From assembly GCF_004365815.1 (NCBI RefSeq), contig NZ_SODD01000007.1, positions 30,001 through 62,000 of the forward strand: 32,000 nucleotides of DNA, written 5' to 3'. The translations under genes were made by a program, and so were the position numbers. The notes below the pieces were generated by a model. The model did not search any database. It worked only from the letters and a program-made list of their open reading frames with translations, and was not told where the DNA came from. Source of the stretch: Breznakia blatticola (GTDB lineage: Bacteria; Bacillota_I; Bacilli_A; Erysipelotrichales; Erysipelotrichaceae). Below are positions 15,066-24,526 of the stretch, piece after piece. How positions within the stretch are numbered: position 1 is the first letter of the stretch; each line of letters opens with the position of its first letter.

Positions 15066-16286
15066 ATGAAAAAGGATATTAAGAAAATTGTATTGGCTTA
15101 CTCAGGTGGATTGGATACATCTGTAATGATTCAATGGTTGAAAGAGAACTATGATAATCCAGAAATTATTGCTGTATCAGGAGATGTTGGACAAGCAGAT
15201 GAACTTGAAGGTCTAGAAGAAAAAGCACTAAAAACGGGTGCTAGCAAATTTTACGCCTTAGATCTAAAAGATGCATTTGTTGAAGATATTATCTTTCCTT
15301 GTTTAAAAGCAAACGCAGTGTATGAAAATGTATATTTATTAGGGACAGCATTTGCTAGACCAATCATTGGTAAAGGTTTAGTTGATATTGCAATTCAAGA
15401 AGGTGCAGATGCAATTTGCCATGGTTGTACAGGAAAAGGAAATGACCAAGTACGTTTCGAACTTGCAATTAAAGCGTTCGCTCCTGATATGCATATTATT
15501 GCACCATGGCGTACATGGGAATTAAAAAGTCGTGATGATGAAATCGAATATGCAGAAAAACATAACATTCCATTAAAAATCAATCGTGAGACAAACTATT
15601 CAAAAGATAAAAACGTATGGCATTTATCACATGAAGGTTTAGACTTAGAAGATCCAATGAATGAACCAAAATATGATGACATTCTAGAAATGGGAGTAAC
15701 ACCAGAAAATGCTCCAGATGTTCCAACATATATTGAACTTGAATTTGAAAAAGGAATTCCAGTGGCTCTAGATGGAAAGAAAATGAAGGGACAAGATTTA
15801 CTGCTTGCATTAAATGAAGTTGGTGGTAAAAACGGAATCGGAATTATCGACATGGTAGAAAATCGTTTAGTTGGAATGAAAAGCCGTGGGGTTTATGAAA
15901 CGCCAGGGGGAACAATTTTATATAAAGCACACGAACTGTTAGAAACGATTACACTAGATAAAGATACACAACACTTTAAACAACATGTAGGAATCAAATT
16001 CGGAGAATTATTATATAACGGATTATGGTTTACACCATTAAGAGAAGCACTAAGTGCATTTGCTGATAAAACAAGTGAAACTGTAAATGGAACAGTTAAA
16101 CTTAAGTTATACAAAGGGAATATTACAAGTGCAGGTATTTCATCACCTGACACATTATATTCAGAACAAATTGCAAGTTTTGGTGAAGATGATTCATATG
16201 ATCAAAATGATAGTGCAGGATTCATTAACTTATTTGGATTACCAATTAAAGTAAAAGCAATGCAAGATGCAAAGAAACAAAAATAA
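15066..16286 (+). CDS. argG: Argininosuccinate synthase
   Basis: N-terminal [12 protein letters not shown]-pyrophosphatase motif, 406 aa, with full-length similarity to ArgG by pattern. AAGGAG RBS. Confidence 0.95.
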   Translation: MKKDIKKIVLAYSGGLDTSVMIQWLKENYDNPEIIAVSGDVGQADELEGLEEKALKTGASKFYALDLKDAFVEDIIFPCLKANAVYENVYLLGTAFARPIIGKGLVDIAIQEGADAICHGCTGKGNDQVRFELAIKAFAPDMHIIAPWRTWELKSRDDEIEYAEKHNIPLKINRETNYSKDKNVWHLSHEGLDLEDPMNEPKYDDILEMGVTPENAPDVPTYIELEFEKGIPVALDGKKMKGQDLLLALNEVGGKNGIGIIDMVENRLVGMKSRGVYETPGGTILYKAHELLETITLDKDTQHFKQHVGIKFGELLYNGLWFTPLREALSAFADKTSETVNGTVKLKLYKGNITSAGISSPDTLYSEQIASFGEDDSYDQNDSAGFINLFGLPIKVKAMQDAKKQK

Positions 16287-16309
16287 ATTGTGGTAAAGGA
16301 GGGCTTGCA

Positions 16310-17692
16310 ATGAAGTTATGGGGTGCAAGATTCACAAAAGAAGCGAGTAAAAAACTCAATGATTTTAACTCTTCAATCCAAGTGGATTGTCGAATGTATA
16401 AACAAGATATTAAGGGTTCAATTGCGCATGTTACCATGCTAGCAAAACAAGATATCATTCCTGAAGAAGATGCAAAAACGATCGTTGAAGCACTACAGGA
16501 CATTGAAAAAGATATTGATGAAGGAACCTTAATGATTGATCCAGAAGCTGAAGATATTCATATGTTTATCGAGCAAGTTCTCACGCAAAGAACGGGAGAT
16601 GTTGGTAAGAAACTGCATACTGGGCGAAGTCGTAATGACCAAGTGGCACTTGATTTCCGTTTGTATACAATGGATCGCTTAGATGATTTAACAACTTTGG
16701 TTAAAGAATTAATTCTAACGTTATGTAAACAAGCAGAAAAACATACAGAAACCATTATGCCTGGATACACGCACTTACAACGTGCACAACCAATTACATT
16801 TGCACATCATCTACTTGCATATGTGGAAATGCTAACACGTGATTTACAGCGTTTCGCTTTTGCCAAAGAGCAAGCCAATGTTTCACCACTAGGTAGTGGA
16901 GCACTAGCAACTACAACGTATCCTATTGATCGTGCTTACAGTGCAAAGCTGTTAGGAATGAAAGATATTAGTTTGAACTCTTTAGATGGTGTAAGTGATC
17001 GTGATTTTGCAATTGATGCGGCTAATGCCGTAGCTACTTGTATGATGCACTTATCAAGATTTTCGGAAGAAATTGTATTATGGAGTTCATGGGAATTTAA
17101 ATTCATTGAACTTGATGATGCTTTTGCCACAGGAAGTTCGATCATGCCACAAAAGAAAAACCCAGATATCTGTGAATTGATTCGTGGGAAAACGGGACGA
17201 ACTTATGGAAATTTAATGAACTTACTAACTATGATGAAAGGTTTAGCCTTGGCATACAACAAAGATATGCAAGAAGATAAAGAGGCACTCTTTGATTCAT
17301 TAGATACATTAGAAGTATGCTTGGAAACAGTTATTCCAATGGTGGATACAATGCAAGTACTAAAAGAAAATATGCGTTCAGCTGCTGCAAAAGGATTTAT
17401 CAATGCAACAGACTGCGCAGACTATCTAACTAAAAAAGGAATGCCATTCCGTGATGCGTATGGCGTGATTGGAAAGTTAGTTCAACAGGCAATCACAAGC
17501 AATAAAGTGCTTGAGGAATTGCATCTAGAGGAATTCCAAGAAGTCAGTGAGCTTTTTGAAGAAGATATTTACGAGGCGATTTCTCTAGATACATGTGTAA
17601 ATAAGCGTAGTGTTGTTGGTGGGCCAGCCCCAGCAGCAACCAAAGCGCATATCGCATTGGTCGTTCAAGAATTGGGTGATCAAAATGAATAA
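16310..17692 (+). CDS. argH: Argininosuccinate lyase
   Basis: Fumarate-lyase signature GSSIMPQKKNPD and N-terminal MKLWGARF. 460 aa. Confidence 0.95.
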   Translation: MKLWGARFTKEASKKLNDFNSSIQVDCRMYKQDIKGSIAHVTMLAKQDIIPEEDAKTIVEALQDIEKDIDEGTLMIDPEAEDIHMFIEQVLTQRTGDVGKKLHTGRSRNDQVALDFRLYTMDRLDDLTTLVKELILTLCKQAEKHTETIMPGYTHLQRAQPITFAHHLLAYVEMLTRDLQRFAFAKEQANVSPLGSGALATTTYPIDRAYSAKLLGMKDISLNSLDGVSDRDFAIDAANAVATCMMHLSRFSEEIVLWSSWEFKFIELDDAFATGSSIMPQKKNPDICELIRGKTGRTYGNLMNLLTMMKGLALAYNKDMQEDKEALFDSLDTLEVCLETVIPMVDTMQVLKENMRSAAAKGFINATDCADYLTKKGMPFRDAYGVIGKLVQQAITSNKVLEELHLEEFQEVSELFEEDIYEAISLDTCVNKRSVVGGPAPAATKAHIALVVQELGDQNE

Positions 17693-18725
17693 ATTACAAG
17701 TAGGAATTATTGGTGCAAGTGGATATGGTGGAGCAGAATTATTACGTCTATTACTCAATCATAACCAAGTAGAGATTGCTGGTATCAATTCACGTAGTTA
17801 CATCGGAAAACCAATTTGTGAACTATATCCAGGATTTCAAGAGATAAGTGATTTAGTGTTTGTTGATGAAGATGCTGTTATTGCGGCAAGTGATCTAATC
17901 TTTGCAAGTTTACCTCATGGAATCAGTGAACCAATTGCCAAAAAATGTGCAGATGCAAATAAGTGCTTTATCGATTTAGGTGCAGATTTCCGTTTGCATG
18001 ATGAAGCGGATTATCAAGCTTGGTACAATGTTCCATTTAAAGAAAAAGCATTACACGAACAAGCTGTATACGGATTGAGTGAAATCTATCCAGAACAAAT
18101 CAAGCAGGCAAAAATTATTGGGAATCCAGGATGTTATCCAACAAGTATTGGCCTTGCTCTATATCCACTTATGACAACAAACTATGCATTTGATGAACAT
18201 GTGATCATTGATGCAAAAAGTGGAGTTACTGGAGCGGGAAAAGAATTGAGTGAAGGTTCACACTTTCCAAATGTTAATGAAGCATTTCATCCGTATAAGG
18301 TGGCAAATCACCGTCATACACCTGAGATTGAGCAAACATTAACTGAGATGCATAAGCAAAAAGTACAGATTACCTTTGTGCCACATCTACTACCAATCTC
18401 GCGTGGAATTATTTCTACGATATATGTCAAAATGAATGAAGCAATCAACTTTGATGACTTGTATCAACACTACGTTGATACATATAAAAACCATACGTTT
18501 GTGCGTGTGTTAGAAAACGGGAAATGTGCAAACTTAAAGTATGTTCAATATTCAAATTATTGTGATATTAGCTTACATTACGATACACGAACACATACAC
18601 TTGTCTTAGTATCAGCGATCGATAACATGGTTAAAGGTGCTGCAGGACAAGCGATTCAAAATATGAATTTAATGTATGGGTTTGCTGAAGATGAAGGATT
18701 GAAACTCATTCCTCCATCATTCTAA
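17685..18725 (+). CDS. argC: N-acetyl-gamma-glutamyl-phosphate reductase
   Basis: Rossmann motif VGIIGASGYGG and active-site GNPGCYPTS. The start was moved to ATG 17685, which overlaps the argH stop in ATGAATAA. Confidence 0.92.
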   Translation: MNKLQVGIIGASGYGGAELLRLLLNHNQVEIAGINSRSYIGKPICELYPGFQEISDLVFVDEDAVIAASDLIFASLPHGISEPIAKKCADANKCFIDLGADFRLHDEADYQAWYNVPFKEKALHEQAVYGLSEIYPEQIKQAKIIGNPGCYPTSIGLALYPLMTTNYAFDEHVIIDAKSGVTGAGKELSEGSHFPNVNEAFHPYKVANHRHTPEIEQTLTEMHKQKVQITFVPHLLPISRGIISTIYVKMNEAINFDDLYQHYVDTYKNHTFVRVLENGKCANLKYVQYSNYCDISLHYDTRTHTLVLVSAIDNMVKGAAGQAIQNMNLMYGFAEDEGLKLIPPSF

Positions 18726-18736
18726 AAGGAGGAATT

Positions 18737-19945
18737 ATGAGTCAAACGGGAGTATGTTATCCAAAGGGATTTCTTGCGAATGGAATCCACTGTGGAATCC
18801 GAAAAAATAAAAGCAAAAAAGATTTGTGTTTAATCTATAGTGAGAATATATGTGCAGCTGCAAGTGTGTACACACAAAATAAAGTAAAAGGTGCACCAAT
18901 TGCAATCACAAAAGAAAACTTATCAAACCATCTAGCACAAGCGATTGTCGTCAATAGTGGAAATGCAAATACATGCAATAGTAATGGTGAACAAATTGCT
19001 AGAGAGATGGCTAAGTTAAGTGCAAATGCACTAGGGATACAAGCAAACGATATGATTGTTGCTAGTACAGGTGTTATTGGTCAAAAACTAGATATTACAC
19101 CGATTGCAAACCATATCCAAGAACTCGCAGACGGTCTAAGTGTTGAAGGTGGTATTGCTGCATGTGAAGCAATTATGACAACTGACACAACGATTAAAGA
19201 ATGGCATGGTAGTTTTGTGATTGATGGAAAAGAATGTCGTATCGGTGGAATTGCCAAAGGAAGTGGAATGATTCATCCAAATATGGCAACCATGCTTTCG
19301 TTTATTACAAGCGACGTGGATATTAGTACAGAGATGCTAAATCTCGTAATAAAAGAAGTGGCCGATGAGACATTCAATATGGTAAGTGTTGATGGGGATA
19401 CATCGACAAATGATATGCTGACTGTAATGTGTAATGGACAAGCAGAAAACCCGCAGATTCGCGAAAAAGGAAATAACTATGCCATCTTTAAAGAAGCACT
19501 GTTTCGTGTAGCCAAACACCTTGCACGCGCAATGGCAAAAGATGGTGAAGGAGCAACAAAACTATTAACTTGTCAGGTGGTAAATGCACCAACCAAACAA
19601 GCTGCAAAGCATATTGCCAAAAGTGTCATCGCATCAAGCTTGGTGAAAAGTGCGATGTTTGGAAATGATGCAAACTGGGGACGTATTCTTTGTGCTATAG
19701 GGTACAGTGATGCAGACTATGACGAAACAACAATTGATGTAACATTTACTAGTGTTGCAGGAAGTGTTGATGTTTGTAAACAAAGTCAAGGAGTAGACTT
19801 TGATGAAGAGCAAGCAACACAGATCTTAAAACAAGAAGAAGTCATAATCTATATTGATATGAATCAAGGCAAGGAAACAGCAGAAAGCTGGGGTTGTGAC
19901 TTAACGTATGACTATGTCAAAATCAACGGAGATTACCGTACATAA
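18737..19945 (+). CDS. argJ: Bifunctional ornithine acetyltransferase / N-acetylglutamate synthase
   Basis: Autoprocessing-site region GSGMIHPNMATMLSFITSD and C-terminal YVKINGDYRT. 402 aa. Confidence 0.93.
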   Translation: MSQTGVCYPKGFLANGIHCGIRKNKSKKDLCLIYSENICAAASVYTQNKVKGAPIAITKENLSNHLAQAIVVNSGNANTCNSNGEQIAREMAKLSANALGIQANDMIVASTGVIGQKLDITPIANHIQELADGLSVEGGIAACEAIMTTDTTIKEWHGSFVIDGKECRIGGIAKGSGMIHPNMATMLSFITSDVDISTEMLNLVIKEVADETFNMVSVDGDTSTNDMLTVMCNGQAENPQIREKGNNYAIFKEALFRVAKHLARAMAKDGEGATKLLTCQVVNAPTKQAAKHIAKSVIASSLVKSAMFGNDANWGRILCAIGYSDADYDETTIDVTFTSVAGSVDVCKQSQGVDFDEEQATQILKQEEVIIYIDMNQGKETAESWGCDLTYDYVKINGDYRT

Positions 19946-19962
19946 TGAGGGGTGAAACAAAA

Positions 19963-20841
19963 ATGATGAAAGATGCAATTAAAGAAGCTGAGATTCTCTC
20001 GCAAGCTTTACCATACATTCAAGAATACAGTGATAAGATTATCGTTGTGAAATATGGTGGAAATGCCATGAAAAATGAAGAGCTCAAACAAAACGTTATG
20101 ACGGATATCGTATTGTTGAGTGAAATAGGAATAAAAGTTGTGTTGGTACATGGTGGTGGACCAGCAATTAATCATATGCTACAAAAAGTAGGAATTGAAC
20201 CGAAGTTTGTGGATGGATTACGGTACACAGATAAAGATACGATGGAAGTTGTACAAATGGTTCTGGCTGGGCAAACCAACAAAGAGTTGGTATCTATTCT
20301 AAATGGGAAAGGTGCAACTGCAGTTGGGCTTTCTGGAATGGATGCAAAACTGATCAAAGCAAAAAAATACGAAGCAAACGGAAAAGATCTAGGTTTTGTT
20401 GGTGAAGTAGAACAAATTCATGCGAAGTCAATTCTTGATGTATTGGCACATGGATATATTCCAGTAATTGCATCGGTAGGGGTTGATGATGAAGGACAAG
20501 CCTACAATATCAATGCAGATATTGCGGCAAGTTCCATTGCCCAAGCACTCAATGCTGAAAATATGATTTTAGTTAGTGATGTTCCAGGGATTTTAGAAGA
20601 TCCGAAAGATGAACGTTCATTATATTCAAATATTTACTTCGATCAAATTGATGAATTAATTGCTAGTGACTTTATTAGTGGTGGAATGATTCCGAAAGTT
20701 GAGTGTATCAAAACTGCGCTTGATGGTGGTGTTAAGAAATCATGTATTATTGATGGTCGCATTCCACATTCAATCTTAATAGAAATATTAAGTCAACAAG
20801 GAATTGGAACCTTGTTTAAGAAAAGAGGCATTTATGAATAA
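19963..20841 (+). CDS. argB: Acetylglutamate kinase
   Basis: Amino-acid-kinase motifs VVKYGGNAM and LVHGGGP. I chose ATG 19963 (GAGGGG at 19947-19952), but the TAATG start at 19945 cannot be excluded. Confidence 0.9.
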   Translation: MMKDAIKEAEILSQALPYIQEYSDKIIVVKYGGNAMKNEELKQNVMTDIVLLSEIGIKVVLVHGGGPAINHMLQKVGIEPKFVDGLRYTDKDTMEVVQMVLAGQTNKELVSILNGKGATAVGLSGMDAKLIKAKKYEANGKDLGFVGEVEQIHAKSILDVLAHGYIPVIASVGVDDEGQAYNINADIAASSIAQALNAENMILVSDVPGILEDPKDERSLYSNIYFDQIDELIASDFISGGMIPKVECIKTALDGGVKKSCIIDGRIPHSILIEILSQQGIGTLFKKRGIYE

Positions 20842-22018
20842 TGTATTGAAGATGCGAGAACATGCATATATTGCAAATACGTATAATCGTTTTGATGTCG
20901 CACTAAAGTATGGGAATGGTGTTATTGTTGTTGACGACGAAGGAAAAGAATATTTAGATTTCACAAGTGGAATTGGTGTATGTGGTTTGGGACATAGTTT
21001 TGAACCATGGGTGAAAGCAACTACAAAACAACTGAAGGATATTGAACACACATCGAATTTGTTTTATACAGAACCGATGGTAGATGTTGCTGAGAAATTA
21101 TGTAAAGCAGCAAAATTAGAAAAAGTATTCTTTGCCAACTCAGGAGCAGAAGCCAATGAAGGAGCAATCAAAGCTGCGCGTAAATATGCTTTTGATATCT
21201 ACAAAGGCGATCGTTCTGAAATTATTACGCTTAAGAATTCATTTCACGGTCGTACGATTTCTACATTAAGTGCAACTGGTCAAGATAGTTTTCATCAGTT
21301 CTTTGATCCATTTACACCGGGATTTGTTTATGTGGAAGCTAATAACTTTGAAGAATTAGCAAGTGCAATAAACTCGAAAACGCTCGCAATTATGGTTGAA
21401 GTCGTACAAGGAGAAGGTGGAGTTATTCCACTAGCAGAAACCTACTTACAAGCAATACAAGATATTTGTGACCATAAAGACATTCTTTTTATCGTTGACG
21501 AAGTACAAACGGGAATGGGACGCACAGGATCACTATTTGCATATATGCAATATGGATTGAAACCAGATATCGTAACATGTGCCAAAGGACTAGGAAATGG
21601 ATTGCCAATTGGAGCAGTTCTACTAGGAGACAAAGTAGAAGATATCTTTGAAAAAGGAGACCATGGTTCTACTTTTGGGGCAAACCCAGTATCTTGTGCT
21701 GGAGCAAATGTTGTAATGGACTACATGAATGATAGTTTGTATAGCAATGTTATCAAGATGGGAGATTTACTAGTAACTAAATTAAAGGAAATCCCACAAG
21801 TTGTACAAGTGGATGGACTTGGATTAATGTTAGGAATTGAAATTGATGCATCAATTGCTGCACGTGAAGTAGTGGAAGCGTGTATTGAAAAAGGATTACT
21901 AATTTTAACTGCTAAAAATCGTTTACGCTTGTTGCCACCACTAGTGATTACAGATAAACATATTGAAAAAGCCGTAAAAATACTAGCAGATGTATTAGCA
22001 AGTAAAGCAAAGGGGTAA
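20834..22018 (+). CDS. argD: Acetylornithine aminotransferase
   Basis: Class-III aminotransferase motifs DEVQTGMGRTG and the PLP-lysine region DIVTCAKGLGNG. The ATG at 20834 overlaps the argB stop in ATGAATAA. Confidence 0.92.
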   Translation: MNNVLKMREHAYIANTYNRFDVALKYGNGVIVVDDEGKEYLDFTSGIGVCGLGHSFEPWVKATTKQLKDIEHTSNLFYTEPMVDVAEKLCKAAKLEKVFFANSGAEANEGAIKAARKYAFDIYKGDRSEIITLKNSFHGRTISTLSATGQDSFHQFFDPFTPGFVYVEANNFEELASAINSKTLAIMVEVVQGEGGVIPLAETYLQAIQDICDHKDILFIVDEVQTGMGRTGSLFAYMQYGLKPDIVTCAKGLGNGLPIGAVLLGDKVEDIFEKGDHGSTFGANPVSCAGANVVMDYMNDSLYSNVIKMGDLLVTKLKEIPQVVQVDGLGLMLGIEIDASIAAREVVEACIEKGLLILTAKNRLRLLPPLVITDKHIEKAVKILADVLASKAKG

Positions 22019-22019
22019 T

Positions 22020-22925
22020 ATGAAACATTTATTAAAGATGAGTGATCTAAGTAAAGCAGAGATTTATGAACTGTTGGACTTAGCAGATACATTGAAAAAA
22101 GAAGTGAAAGCGGGAATTCAAACGCCATACTTAAAAGGAAAGACGTTAGGTTGTATCTTTCAAAAAGCAAGTACGAGAACTCGTGTGTCATTTGAAGTCG
22201 GAATGGTACAACTTGGTGGATATCCATTATTTCTAAGCTCAAATGACTTACAAATTGGTCGTGGAGAACCTGTTGAAGATACAGCGCGTGTGCTTTCAAG
22301 ATATCTTGATGGTATTATGATTCGTACCTTCGAACAAAAAGAAGTAGAAGATTTTGCCAAATATGGAAGTGTACCAATTATTAATGGACTAACTGATTAT
22401 GCCCATCCATGTCAAATTCTTGCAGACTTAATGACAATCAGAGAGTTTAAGGGAACACTAGAAGGATTAAAACTATGCTATATCGGTGATGGTAATAATA
22501 TGGCTAACTCATACATTGTGGGGATGTTAACTGCAGGGATGAAAGTCAGTGTAGCTACACCAAAAGGATATGAGCCAGATGCAGACATTCTTGCGAAGTA
22601 TCAAGCAGATCCAAACTTTGAACTAACAAATGATCCAAAACAGGCTGCAAAAGATGCGGATGTAGTGGTAACTGATGTTTGGGCAAGTATGGGTGATGAA
22701 GCAGAAGCAGACCAACGTAAGAAAGTGTTTGCTGGAACATTCCAAGTAAACCGTGAAATTATGAATCTTGCTAAAGCAGATGCAATGGTCTTGCATTGCT
22801 TGCCTGCACACCGTGAAGAAGAAATTACTGCAGAAGTATTTGAAGAACATGCAAATGAGATCTTTGAAGAAGCAGAAAACCGTCTACATGCACAAAAAGC
22901 GGTGCTTGTAACACTGATGAAATAA
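22020..22925 (+). CDS. argF: Ornithine carbamoyltransferase
   Basis: Carbamoyl-phosphate motif STRTR, ornithine-binding motif HCLP, and HPCQ. 301 aa. It starts 1 nt after the argD stop. Its last position in a biosynthetic operon favours an anabolic role. Confidence 0.92.
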   Translation: MKHLLKMSDLSKAEIYELLDLADTLKKEVKAGIQTPYLKGKTLGCIFQKASTRTRVSFEVGMVQLGGYPLFLSSNDLQIGRGEPVEDTARVLSRYLDGIMIRTFEQKEVEDFAKYGSVPIINGLTDYAHPCQILADLMTIREFKGTLEGLKLCYIGDGNNMANSYIVGMLTAGMKVSVATPKGYEPDADILAKYQADPNFELTNDPKQAAKDADVVVTDVWASMGDEAEADQRKKVFAGTFQVNREIMNLAKADAMVLHCLPAHREEEITAEVFEEHANEIFEEAENRLHAQKAVLVTLMK

Positions 22926-22950
22926 GGGATTTTACATCCCTTTTCTATTT
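22924..22950 (+). terminator. Rho-independent terminator of the arg operon
   Basis: AAGGGAT (22924-22930) pairs with ATCCCTT (22936-22942) around a TTTAC loop, followed by a T-rich tail. Confidence 0.75.
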
Positions 22951-22985
22951 TATTGAAAATATTTTAAAAAACTTTCAAATAATGC

Positions 22986-23014
22986 TTGACTCACCCCCTT
23001 CGTTTCGGTATAAT
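22986..23014 (+). promoter_or_regulatory. Sigma-A promoter of tRNA-Glu
   Basis: -35 TTGACT (22986-22991), 17-nt spacer, -10 TATAAT (23009-23014). Confidence 0.75.
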
Positions 23015-23044
23015 TCATCATGTACCTGTCAAAAAGGTAATGTT

Positions 23045-23121
23045 GGCCCGTTGGTGAAGCGGCTTAACACACCGCCCTTTCACGGCGGCATTCACGGGTT
23101 CGAATCCCGTACGGGTCACCA
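23045..23121 (+). tRNA. tRNA-Glu (anticodon UUC), CCA encoded
   Basis: The acceptor GGCCCGT pairs with ACGGGTC. The anticodon arm is CCGCC-CTTTCAC-GGCGG, and the T-arm is ACGGG-TTCGAAT-CCCGT. It is near-identical in pattern to Bacillus tRNA-Glu. Confidence 0.93.
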
Positions 23122-23133
23122 ATATAAAAGAAC

Positions 23134-23160
23134 GAGACAATTAAGCCGGTCTCTTTTTTT
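23134..23160 (+). terminator. Candidate terminator after tRNA-Glu
   Basis: A short stem GAGAC (23134-23138) pairs with GTCTC (23149-23153), followed by T7+. Confidence 0.5.
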
Positions 23161-23194
23161 TATGTTTTATGTAAGATAGAAATCTAATATATGA

Positions 23195-23223
23195 TTGACA
23201 TACATCTAACGTCATATTATACT
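23195..23223 (+). promoter_or_regulatory. Sigma-A promoter of the MFS/ArsR-like gene pair
   Basis: -35 TTGACA (23195-23200), 17-nt spacer, -10 TATACT (23218-23223). Confidence 0.7.
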
Positions 23224-23254
23224 AAAGTTGTGATATGTTAGAGGGGTATCAAAT

Positions 23255-24526
23255 ATGAAAGAGATAACACGTAAAATGTTAATAAAGGATCAACCACGCT
23301 ATGTTCGTTATATGAGTGCGAATTTGATCAATCGCTTTGGGGATGCAGTAGATTCCTTGGCAACGGTTTGGTTGACGTATGAAGTGACAGGTAGTGCAAG
23401 TATGTCTGCACTAGCATATGCATGCAACATGCTACCTACAGTAATTCTGACACCGCTATTAGGTGCGTACGTCGAAAAGTTAAATAAGAAGAAAGTAATG
23501 GTTCTTGTCGATTTTATGCGTGCAGTTTTGGTGTGTTTGTATCTATTCCTATATGTTAGTGGAATATTAAATGTTGCGATGATTTTAACACTTACCGTAC
23601 TGACATCAAGTGTTGAAGCGTTTGGTCAACCAGCAATATCCGCTTTCGTGACAGAGATTCTTGACAAAGAGTATTATGAAGTTGGAGTTGGAACCAATCG
23701 TGCAATGATGTCTGCAATGGAGCTTGTTGGAAATGCATTAGCGGGAATTATTCTAGCAACCTTTGGTATTGCTGGTGCCTTTGTTGTCGATGGGTGTACA
23801 TTTGTGATTGCTGCTTTATTAAAACTGAGTATTCCCTATAAACAAAGAATACATGAACAACATGCGAATACTCCATATCTTACAATGCTAAAAGATGGAT
23901 TTGTTTATTTACGCAAATCGAAAGTTTTATTAACTCTATGTTTCATTGGATTGTTCTTAAATGCATCACTGGTTCCATTTAATGCAGTACTTGCACCTTA
24001 TATTGGAACATACTTAAATGGAAGCCCTATGTTTCTATCACTAGTGAGTATTGGGGTTTCAGCAGGGGCAATGTTCGGTGGATTTTTATATCCTACAATC
24101 AGTAAAAAAATATCTACGAACATGCAATTTGCAATCGCAGGAATATGTGCAGCACTTCTATATTTTAGTTTTACGTTAGTTGCAGTTCTATCTTTACCAC
24201 TTTACGTTTCGATTGCCTTACTTTTCGTCTTTATTTTTTTTATGGGAGTTGCAGTCAGTATTGGTGGTAGTATAGCCAACATTACATTCATCTCTCGGGT
24301 AGATCAGGAATACCTATCACGATCTTCTGCGATTATCGATGCGTTTTTCTATAGCGGAATGCCAATTACATCAGTTGTTGTATCGATTGTGGTAGCAAGT
24401 TTAAGCATTCCACAGGTATTTCTCATCTTTGGATGCATCTGCTTAGCATGTTTTGGTATAATACTACATAACAAGACATTGAAGGGGGACACAAGCGATG
24501 TTAACACTACAGCAACAACCATATGA
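23255..24526 (+). CDS. MFS transporter (MFS_3 / EntS-Mef-like exporter family)
   Basis: It has about 12 hydrophobic helices. The N-terminal pattern YVRYMSANLINRFGDAVDSLATVWLTYEVTGSA...LPTVILTPLLGAYVEKLNKKK is typical of this exporter family. Confidence 0.8.
   Translation: MKEITRKMLIKDQPRYVRYMSANLINRFGDAVDSLATVWLTYEVTGSASMSALAYACNMLPTVILTPLLGAYVEKLNKKKVMVLVDFMRAVLVCLYLFLYVSGILNVAMILTLTVLTSSVEAFGQPAISAFVTEILDKEYYEVGVGTNRAMMSAMELVGNALAGIILATFGIAGAFVVDGCTFVIAALLKLSIPYKQRIHEQHANTPYLTMLKDGFVYLRKSKVLLTLCFIGLFLNASLVPFNAVLAPYIGTYLNGSPMFLSLVSIGVSAGAMFGGFLYPTISKKISTNMQFAIAGICAALLYFSFTLVAVLSLPLYVSIALLFVFIFFMGVAVSIGGSIANITFISRVDQEYLSRSSAIIDAFFYSGMPITSVVVSIVVASLSIPQVFLIFGCICLACFGIILHNKTLKGDTSDVNTTATTI

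Noticed and set aside
21721-22299. A 192-aa minus-strand ORF from the ORF track.
   Set aside because: It is antisense to argD/argF, whose motifs are unambiguous. It is a shadow ORF.
22982-23179. A 65-aa + strand ORF from the ORF track.
   Set aside because: It spans the promoter, the tRNA-Glu gene and its terminator. It is a translation artefact of a tRNA locus.
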